Source: Nitrospinota bacterium (lineage in GTDB: Bacteria > UBA8248). From it: a DNA stretch of 22,154 nucleotides. The stretch covers positions 1 through 22,154 of the forward strand of contig JASLZZ010000072.1 in NCBI GenBank assembly GCA_030754595.1. Reading direction: 5' to 3'. A model generated the notes under the pieces. It saw nothing but the letters and a program-made list of their open reading frames with translations. It was not told the DNA's origin and made no database searches. Of the stretch, positions 1 to 7,167 are shown piece by piece (position 1 is the stretch's first letter; every line of letters begins with the position of its first letter). Both the position numbers and the translations under genes were made by a program.

Positions 1-66
1 GCCTCCATCACTCAAAAGCGCATGCCGGGCATCAAGGTCGAAAAATCCTGGCTGTGAGGTCATCAT
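1..66 (-). CDS. IS5-family transposase, N-terminal fragment
   Basis: Translates MMTSQPGFFDLDARHALLSDGG. The QPGFFDLD..R...LS..G pattern is the typical start of a group of IS5 transposases. RBS GGAGG at 71-75 (rc). Confidence 0.75.
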   Translation of the reverse strand, partial: MMTSQPGFFDLDARHALLSDGG

Positions 67-138
67 CTATCCTCCGGGGCGGGAGGATTCTATTGGATCA
101 CATCAGAGATGAAATAGGGGAGGTTTTTAGAGGTGCCC
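1..138 (-). mobile_element. IS5-family insertion sequence, left end (partial, runs off window)
   Basis: The minus strand reads CTAA|GGGCACCTCTAAAAACC, an IS5-type terminal inverted repeat next to a YTAR target tetramer (TTAG on + at 139-142). It is followed by a GGAGG RBS and a transposase-like N-terminus. Confidence 0.8.
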
Positions 139-269
139 TTAGGATTATTTCCATCTCCACTCTCAAGCAACCAATATTCTGATTAGTATATCAGACATTG
201 ACGAAAATTGGCACGAATCCCCCATCTCTTCGAAGGATCAGTCCAACGAGGGAATTCCCTGTTCGCGAT

Positions 270-1259
270 CTATTTTCTCCTCCCCCGCCAAGCCTCGGGA
301 TTGACCAGATTCGAGGGCTTTCGCCCGGCGAGGGCGGCCAGGCAATTCTTTGCCGCGAGTAGCCCCATCGCCGTTCGCGTCTCGACCGATGCGCTACCGA
401 GATGGGGGAGGAGAACCACATTCTCCAGCTTCCTCAGGGCCGGCTCGACGGCAGGCTCTCGCTCGAAAACATCCAGCCCCGCCGCAGCGATTCGTCCGCC
501 CTTGAGTGCCGCCGCCAATGCTTTTTCGTCAACGACGGGGGCCCGGGATGTATTGACGAGAATCGCCGTGGGCTTCATCAACCGAAGCGCCCCGGCGCCG
601 ATGAGATGGTGTGTATTCCCGGTCAACGGGGTGTGGACGGATACAAAGTTGGAGCGTTTGAGGAGACCCTGAAGCGAGGCGTACCGCATGCCCGCAGCGC
701 GTTCGGCCCTGACCGAAAGACGCTTAATATCATGGTAAAGAATTTTCATTCCGAATCCCCGGGCTCTCCTGGCCATTGCGGCGCCAATGCGGCCCATACC
801 GAGAATTCCGAGGGTCCTGCCGTAAATATCCTGGCCAAGCATTTGAGTTGGCTGCCAGCCTTCCCAGCGCCCCGATCGCACCAACCGATCTCCCTCGCTC
901 ACCCGCCGGGCCACGGCCATGACGAGCGTCCACGCCAGATCGGCGGTGGTCTCTGTCAGAACGCATGGAGTGTTTGTGACCGGAAGGCCGCGCGCTGAGG
1001 CGGCGTCGGTGTCGATGTTGTCATAACCGACCCCGTAGTTCGCGATGATGCGAAGGTGCGGGGCCGCATCCATCAATTTCGAATCCACTAGATTTGCCAC
1101 CGTCGGGATCAGTCCCTTCGCAGTTCTGACCGCACGCAGAAGAGCGCGCCGGGAGATATATCCCTTCCCCCTGAAAATTTCGAGTCGGGTTCGATCCGAA
1201 AAGAACTTCTCTACCCCCATGGGCAACCGGGCACACAGAAAAACCGTTGGTTTCGCCAT
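270..1259 (-). CDS. D-isomer-specific 2-hydroxyacid dehydrogenase (glyoxylate/hydroxypyruvate reductase, D-glycerate dehydrogenase family)
   Basis: GVGYDNID, VTNTP, Rossmann GMGRIG, catalytic Arg (NTSR), Glu (LDVFEREP) and His (PHLGSA); 329 aa. Confidence 0.93.
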   Translation of the reverse strand: MAKPTVFLCARLPMGVEKFFSDRTRLEIFRGKGYISRRALLRAVRTAKGLIPTVANLVDSKLMDAAPHLRIIANYGVGYDNIDTDAASARGLPVTNTPCVLTETTADLAWTLVMAVARRVSEGDRLVRSGRWEGWQPTQMLGQDIYGRTLGILGMGRIGAAMARRARGFGMKILYHDIKRLSVRAERAAGMRYASLQGLLKRSNFVSVHTPLTGNTHHLIGAGALRLMKPTAILVNTSRAPVVDEKALAAALKGGRIAAAGLDVFEREPAVEPALRKLENVVLLPHLGSASVETRTAMGLLAAKNCLAALAGRKPSNLVNPEAWRGRRK

Positions 1260-1331
1260 GGACTTACCCCCTTACAACAAAATTGGGCCTGGAGGGCTTC
1301 GCCCGAAACCGGTCGAGAACTACGAGGCCGG

Positions 1332-1910
1332 CTACCCGTCCTCGCTCCAGTCCCGCCATTGAATCTGATCCGAGATAGCCTCGACCGGGTTGTGAAAACC
1401 TCCCTGAAAACGGTTCCAGGCATTGAACAGGCAGGTGAACAGCGTCAGTTCGACCATTTCCCGCTCGGTGAAAATCCCTTTCAACACCTCGAATGCGGCA
1501 TCGTCGCCCGGAGCACTGTTATCGGTGAGCGCCGCCGCCCAGCGGACCACTGATTTTTCTTTCTCGTCGAATAGCGTGCTTTTCTTCCAATCCCCCACGA
1601 GGGCCTCGAAGTGCTCGTCCGTGAGGCCGGAGGCTCGACCGAGCCCCTTGTTGTGCTCGGTTCATATGACGCACTGATTCATGATGCTGGGGGTGAGGAT
1701 GGCGAGCTGCATCAACCGCAGGCGCCCCGGATCGCCGCGCCACCTGCCCCGAAGCGCTTTGCCCAGGCCGATGATGTGTTCCAGCGCCTCGGGCGAGTGG
1801 GCCAGGACGCGATAGAAGCTGGGCACCGTTCCCCAGAGCCGCCGAGAGCTCTCGAAGCAGGGCTCGTGGGGGCCTTTCGCTTCGTCGCCTATCAGGCTGA
1901 TCCTCGCCAT
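1332..1910 (-). CDS. AhpD/carboxymuconolactone decarboxylase-family selenoprotein (192 aa, Sec at UGA 1662-1664)
   Basis: ORFs 1662..1910 and 1332..1598 share a frame and are separated only by TGA. Readthrough gives VLAHSPEAL..QLAILTPSIMNQCVIUTEHNKGLGRASGLTDEHF..LFDEKEKSVVRWAAALT..FTEREMVELT..FNAWNRF, a complete CMD/AhpD-like protein with TGA at the second Cys of CxxC. Confidence 0.88.
1630..1647 (-). promoter_or_regulatory. putative bacterial SECIS element
   Basis: mRNA GGGGCUC-GGUC-GAGCCUC: a 7-bp stem with one G-U pair and a 4-nt loop starting GG. There are 21 nt between the UGA and the loop. Confidence 0.7.
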
Positions 1911-2104
1911 TTGTCTTTCTCCTTATCGCAATAATGGATGATAAATTTGACCGCTCTCACCAAGATCGACCCAACAAAACCAAAATACCAGCCATTTTCT
2001 CATCCCGCACCTTGGCCCCTTGGCGAGCGCAGCGCCTCCTGCTATATAAATCGCCTGTTTACCCGGCGGGCCCTCCGCTCCGGGCCTGCCATGGAGTTGC
2101 CGAG

Positions 2105-2815
2105 ATGGATCACGAAAAAATTCTCGCTATCGCTGCTCACCCCGACGACCTCGATTTTCGCTGCGCCGGCTCGGCCGCCCTTTGGAGCCGCGAGGGACGC
2201 CACGTCGAGTATGTCATCTGCACGAGCGGGGAAAAGGGATTCGGCGACAACGGCGACCCGCACCTCTCCAATGAGGAACGGTGGGCCATCAGGGAGAGCG
2301 AGCAACGCGCCGCCGCCGAGGTCGTGGGTGTGCGGGCGGTTCACTTCCTCCGCCACCCGGATGGCGAGCTTGAAAACACCCTCGCCCTCAGGCGCGACCT
2401 CGTCCGAATAATGCGGCAAGTGAAACCCGGCCTCGTCATCTCAGACGACCCGGCGAAGGACGCCTACGACAGTTTTTACGGGTACCACAGCGACCACCGC
2501 GCAGTCGCCCAGGCGGCCTTCGATTCGCTATACCCCGCCGTGGGCAACGCGAACTTCTTCCCCGAGCTAATCGAAGAGGGCCTTGAGCCTTTCTCCCCCA
2601 AGGAGGCCTTTTTCGGCGGGCGCGGCGCCCTCGACACCTGGTTCGACATCGCCGAGACCTTCAACCTTAAGATGAAGGCCCTGGCCTGCCACAAGAGCCA
2701 GATCTCCGACATCGAGGAGCTCATCCCCCGGATGCGCGAGTGGGCCAAGACCACCGGAGAGGCGGGCGGCATCGACTGCGCGGAGGGCTTCCGGAGCCTC
2801 GAGGTTCCGCAATAG
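2105..2815 (+). CDS. PIG-L/LmbE-family deacetylase
   Basis: AHPDD metal motif, TSGEKG, RESEQRAAAEVVG, HSDH and KMKALACHKSQ. Start placed at ATG 2105 after GGAG rather than at 1934. Confidence 0.9.
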   Translation: MDHEKILAIAAHPDDLDFRCAGSAALWSREGRHVEYVICTSGEKGFGDNGDPHLSNEERWAIRESEQRAAAEVVGVRAVHFLRHPDGELENTLALRRDLVRIMRQVKPGLVISDDPAKDAYDSFYGYHSDHRAVAQAAFDSLYPAVGNANFFPELIEEGLEPFSPKEAFFGGRGALDTWFDIAETFNLKMKALACHKSQISDIEELIPRMREWAKTTGEAGGIDCAEGFRSLEVPQ

Positions 2816-2907
2816 ACCCGCCTCCCCTTCGGAGGACAAATGGGGTACACTCCCGGTGGCCGCTAAGGCTCCGGCCATTCCGACAACCCATTCCATGAGG
2901 GAATTCC

Positions 2908-4755
2908 ATGTTCGGGCACCAGGGTAGAATTCTGCACATCGATTTGACCTCGAGGAAAAGCCGTGTCGAGGAGTTCGGCGACGACTTTGCGAGGACCTTC
3001 ATCGGCGGAAACGGCTTCGCCGCCAAGACCATCTGGGAAACGGTGAAGCAGGGCACCGACCCTCTTTCGCCCGAAAACGTTATCTGTCTCGGAGTGGGTC
3101 CCTGCACCGACACCGCCGTGCCCAGCGCGAGCCGGGCCTGCATCGGCTCGAAAAGCCCGCTCACGGGTCTCTTCTTCGACAGCACTTTCGGTGGCTCCTG
3201 GCCCATCACCCTTAAGCGCACGGGACACGACCTCCTTGTCCTCCACGGCAAGGCCGACTCCCTCGTCTACCTGGCGGTCACTGAGAGCGGCGTCGAATTC
3301 CGTGATGCCTCCGACCTCGCCGGAAAGTGGGTAAGCGAGACTTGTGACGTCATCTCCGAGCGCGAGGGCAACGCCGACATCCTCTCCATCGGCCCGGCCG
3401 GCGAGAACATGGTCCGCTTCGCTTCCCCCGTTCACATCTGGCGAAAAAGCCGCGACGGCATCGCTGGACGCGGCGGAATGGCCGCCGTCCTCGGATCGAA
3501 GAACGTCAAGGCCATCGCTCTCAGCGGAAAGGCCAAGACGGCCGTGGCCGACCCCAAGGGCCTTCGTGCCTTCGTCAACGAGACCGCCGAAGGCCTCCGG
3601 AACAACACCACCCCCCTGAACAAGTACGGCACCCCCATCCTTGTCAACATGATCAACAAAATGGGCGCGCTCGGAACAAAAAACCTCCAGCAGGAAATTT
3701 TCGACAACTGCGAGCCAATCAGCGGCGAGGTCATGCTCGAAAATTATCTCGACAAGAACACCACCTGCCTGAAGTGCGCCGTCGCCTGCGGCAAGGACTA
3801 TCTCATGAAGGGAGGCAAGTGGGACGGCCTCAAATGGAAGATGCCCGAGTACGAATCGATCTTCTCCCTAGGCACCATGCTCGGCGTCGACGACCCTGGC
3901 GCCCTGCTTCGCGCGAATCAGCTCTGCGACGAGCTCGGCATGGACACCATTTCGGCCGGAGTCACCCTCTCGCTCGCCTTCGAGTGCTTCCAGCGCGGCC
4001 TGCTCACAAAATCGGACACCGGGCGCGACCTTGCCTGGGGAGACCCGGACACGATGCTGGGCCTCATCGAAGACATGGCCCACAGGCGTGGTTTCGGAGC
4101 GAATCTCGCCGAGGGCGGACAGCGCCTGGCCGATGAGATCGGCGGCGAGGCCCCGAATCTCCTCTACGCCGCCAGGGGACTCGAACTGCCCGCCCACAGC
4201 GCCCGGGCTCTCAAGGGAATGTCCATCGGATATGCCACCGGCACTCGGGGCGGAAGCCATCACGACACCCGCCCAACCCTCCAGTACGGCCCCGATCACG
4301 ACAACACAGTCACCGAGGGCAAGGCCGAGTTCGCCGTTCACTCCCAGAACTACACGGCGCTGGGCGACTCGCTCACCCAGTGCCGCTTCACCTCCGAACG
4401 CGGCTACGGCGCAACCATTAACGAGAATTTCTCGAAAATGCTCAATCTCGTGACGGGATGGGACACCACCCCTGAAGAGCTCGAGGTCGCCGGCGAGCGC
4501 ATTTGCAACCTGGAGCGCGCCTTCCAGGTCCGCGAGGGCGTGGAACGGACTCGCGACATCCTTCCCCACCGCGTGATGCACGAACCCATTCCCGAGGGGC
4601 CCCACAAGGGGATGCACTGTCCGCCCGAGGAACTCGAATCCATGAAGGACGAGTACTACGCGATCAGGGGCTGGGACGAAAACGGAATCCCCACCGCTGA
4701 AACCCTCACCCGCTTGGGACTCCAGGACATAGCTTCCGAGGTGGCCGCCGGCTGA
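2908..4755 (+). CDS. aldehyde:ferredoxin oxidoreductase family protein (W/Mo-pterin, 4Fe-4S)
   Basis: KSPLTG, IGPAGEN, GRGGMAAVLGSKNVKAI, CxxCxxxC (CLKCAVAC), PEYES, CDELGMDTIS, distal Cys in QCRF and YYAIRGWDENGIPT; GAGG RBS. Confidence 0.95.
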   Translation: MFGHQGRILHIDLTSRKSRVEEFGDDFARTFIGGNGFAAKTIWETVKQGTDPLSPENVICLGVGPCTDTAVPSASRACIGSKSPLTGLFFDSTFGGSWPITLKRTGHDLLVLHGKADSLVYLAVTESGVEFRDASDLAGKWVSETCDVISEREGNADILSIGPAGENMVRFASPVHIWRKSRDGIAGRGGMAAVLGSKNVKAIALSGKAKTAVADPKGLRAFVNETAEGLRNNTTPLNKYGTPILVNMINKMGALGTKNLQQEIFDNCEPISGEVMLENYLDKNTTCLKCAVACGKDYLMKGGKWDGLKWKMPEYESIFSLGTMLGVDDPGALLRANQLCDELGMDTISAGVTLSLAFECFQRGLLTKSDTGRDLAWGDPDTMLGLIEDMAHRRGFGANLAEGGQRLADEIGGEAPNLLYAARGLELPAHSARALKGMSIGYATGTRGGSHHDTRPTLQYGPDHDNTVTEGKAEFAVHSQNYTALGDSLTQCRFTSERGYGATINENFSKMLNLVTGWDTTPEELEVAGERICNLERAFQVREGVERTRDILPHRVMHEPIPEGPHKGMHCPPEELESMKDEYYAIRGWDENGIPTAETLTRLGLQDIASEVAAG

Positions 4756-4925
4756 CCCGGCGGCCCGACGACTGGCCCGGGTGGGGTTTGGGCCCGGCTG
4801 CTTGGGAATTTTTTTTTCCCGATAGGGCGAAAATACCGATCTCGGCTTCGATTTCGGCGGCCTCAACCCCAAAGAATGTCCCTTCATCTATCTGTTATTC
4901 AACGAATTACACGTTTCCCCGTTTA

Positions 4926-4941
4926 CGACACGGCCCTTGCT
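4926..4941 (+). promoter_or_regulatory. degenerate sigma54 (-24/-12) promoter upstream of flgE
   Basis: CGACACG-GCCC-TTGCT against consensus TGGCACG-N4-TTGCW: spacing is correct but the invariant GG reads GA. An IHF-like ATTCAACGAATTA lies at 4897-4909. Confidence 0.4.
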
Positions 4942-5062
4942 TTATTCTTTCCCAGAGAAATTGAGGCGTGGATGAAAATTCACGCCGCGAGGGGAAATCC
5001 GCGTCTAACCACGGGGCGGATTCCCCCTTCTCCGGATTGTTCGGATTGGGAAGGGACTCACG

Positions 5063-6262
5063 ATGGGCGTTTTTCCAGGGCTATCGACAGGCGCATCCTC
5101 ACTCAGGAATGCCGCCCAAACGATCTAGGTCATCGGAAACAACATCGCCAACGCCAATACCCCCGGCTTCAAGCGGAGCCGCGCGACCACCTCCGAGGCC
5201 TTCTATGCCATCATGGAGGGAACCCTCGATCTCCAGGGTCAAAACCAGGTCGGAAACGGCGCCGGCCAGATTATCGTCCAGAAAATGATCAGCCAGGGAA
5301 CCGCGAAACCCACTGAAGAACCCCTGGATTCCGCTATCGAGGGTTCGGGTTTCTTCATACTCTCGGATCCGATCGACCCAACCGGGGTGAAAAAATCATA
5401 CACCCGCGACGGCTCGTTCCGGCTGGACAACACGCGCACCCTGATCCACGTAGGAACGGGGCGCAAGGTCCAGGTATTCAACGTGGACGCCACCGGCGTC
5501 GTCGATACGACTGTCATCGGCGACATGATCCTCGGTGCGGGCACTTCCATCGGCAAGCCCACCAGCAACATCCTAATCAAGGGCGTCCTGGACGCCAGGG
5601 CCCCGATTCTCGGAACCGCCGGTTCGTTCTCCTCGGCCGCCGTCCGGGATAGTTTCATCGTCACGGATACGGGCGCGGGCGCGAACAATGTGCTCCAGTT
5701 CGAAAGCGGAACCTCGGGCCTCTTGTCGGCCAACCTGATAGCCGACGGTGGCCTGACCTCGGGCGCCCCGGTTAGCGGCGCCGCCCTCGCCACCGCGGTC
5801 AAAACCACCCTTGAATTTCAAAACACATCAAGTGGAATCAGCGACACCTATGACGTTACCTACGATCAACTTAGCGACAAGTTCACCATCACAAACAAAA
5901 GCGGCAACCCCAATACGCTGACCCTCCGCCACGGCAACGCGGCTTCAAACGCCTCGGGGCTCCTGGGCTTCCTCGCGGTTGACTCTACTCCCATCTCGGG
6001 CGGTGGATCTGAGATCAGCGACGTGGGCGTTGCGTTCAACGTCGTGACCGGCGTGAACAACACCCTGGATGCAACGATCGACGGCGCCCCCGTCACCGCC
6101 ACGGTGGGGGCGGGAAGAATCATTCCCGAATCCCTCGAATCATCCAATACCGACCTGAGCGAAGAGTTTGTCGACTTGATTCTGGCGCAGCAAGTATTCC
6201 AGGCCAACGCCAGGATCGTCACGGTGTCCGACGAAATTCTCGAAGTCATCACCCGAATCTAA
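5063..6262 (+). pseudogene. flgE: flagellar hook protein FlgE-like, disrupted by in-frame TAG at 5126-5128
   Basis: MGVFPGLSTGASSLRNAAQTI*VIGNNIANANTPGFKRSR (basal-body rod/hook N-terminal motif) is in frame with ORF 5213..6262. That ORF carries AIEGSGFF, YTRDGSF and the C-terminal LESSNTDLSEEFVDLILAQQVFQANARIV. Confidence 0.8.
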
Positions 6263-6365
6263 CCCTGAATATCCGGACGCGTCAGAGGCGAAAACGCCCT
6301 GACCGCGAACCCATCTTATAGCTCTCTACCTCCGGGCCTCTACCTCCGAGCTCTGCATCTCCAAA

Positions 6366-7103
6366 TCAGATTTTAATCGGGGGCCAGATGCGCGACCCCA
6401 CCAACGGCGACCCCGGTGGGTGAAGAAGGTACCCGTGAACCCGGTGGGTCCATTCCGTCTCCTCGAGAGAAGCATAGTTTTCCTCACGCGCCTCGAGGGA
6501 GACATATTCGTAAAGGACCGAATGCCTCGGCGACCCCGACGAGGCGAGGAGCTTTCTCGCCCCGACGCACCCTGAAGTCCGCTCAACTCCCGCCATTCTC
6601 TCCTGGGCGTACCAGGTCTGTAAATCCTCGTCGTTTCCCCGGGCGTCGTAGCGGCCCATCTGAATCGCGGGCGAGAGAATGTCCGCGCCCTCGCGCGCGC
6701 CGGCGTCGGGACCTTCGGCCCGCCACTCTTCGCAATAAATCAGCCTGAGGGGTTTGACCCGCCGCGAGACCATCTCGCGCGTCTCCGCGCTTTGACCCCC
6801 TTTGATCTGAGCGGGGCTCGGGTCGAAAAAGGTGCGGGTGGTTTCGCCCCCGAAGAGCGCGATGAACCCCGCCCCGGAGGCGAGGGCCGGATCCTCCTCC
6901 CGGCCCAGGCGGCCGAGCACCTTCTCGAAAGCCTTTCCGGGATGAACGACCTCGTAGTGCGCGGCCCACCGATAGCCCGGCCGGGCGAGCTTTTCGGGGA
7001 TGTGCACCCCGTGGAACCATTCGAGATACGCTTCTCTACCCTCCGCGGGCAGACCGTAGAAAATCGCCCATATCGCTCTGTCCATATTTTTTCCCGCCGC
7101 CAT
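6366..7103 (-). CDS. hypothetical protein with two tandem DUF4286/EthD-like dimeric alpha-beta barrel domains
   Basis: Repeat 1 is AYLEWFHGVHIPEKLARPGYRWAAHYE and repeat 2 is DLQTWYAQERMAGVERTSGCVGARKL. Purine-rich RBS; same orientation as its neighbours. Confidence 0.7.
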   Translation of the reverse strand: MAAGKNMDRAIWAIFYGLPAEGREAYLEWFHGVHIPEKLARPGYRWAAHYEVVHPGKAFEKVLGRLGREEDPALASGAGFIALFGGETTRTFFDPSPAQIKGGQSAETREMVSRRVKPLRLIYCEEWRAEGPDAGAREGADILSPAIQMGRYDARGNDEDLQTWYAQERMAGVERTSGCVGARKLLASSGSPRHSVLYEYVSLEAREENYASLEETEWTHRVHGYLLHPPGSPLVGSRIWPPIKI

Positions 7104-7131
7104 TTTTCCCTCTTCTGGTGGCGCAGGTTTA

Positions 7132-7167
7132 ATCCGGCGGACTAATCCGCCGGACTAGTCCGCCGGA
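7132..7167. repeat. short tandem plus inverted repeat at the acyl-CoA dehydrogenase stop codon
   Basis: ATCCGGCGGA followed by CTAATCCGCCGGA and CTAGTCCGCCGGA: two 13-nt direct copies, both complementary to the first unit. Confidence 0.6.

Noticed and set aside
209..226. TTGGCACG resembling a sigma54 -24 box
   Set aside because: There is no TTGC at -12 and no plus-strand gene downstream.
1662..1664. TGA as Trp/Gly recoding (code 4/25) or as a simple pseudogene stop
   Set aside because: TGA terminates other intact genes (AOR 4755, lutA 10483, 18141). It falls on the Cys column of CxxC with a SECIS-like hairpin behind it, so Sec is the better explanation.
1934..2104. Upstream extensions in the ORF track (1934 for PIG-L; likewise 10351, 14304, 17452 and 17734)
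   Set aside because: The extensions lack family similarity, and better RBS-supported or ATGA-coupled starts lie downstream.
5126..5128. Pyrrolysine or genome-wide TAG recoding in flgE
   Set aside because: TAG is the normal stop of several intact genes here (e.g. glnA, ispH, acyl-CoA dehydrogenase). No pyl genes are in view, the site is not catalytic, and the gene shows other signs of decay.
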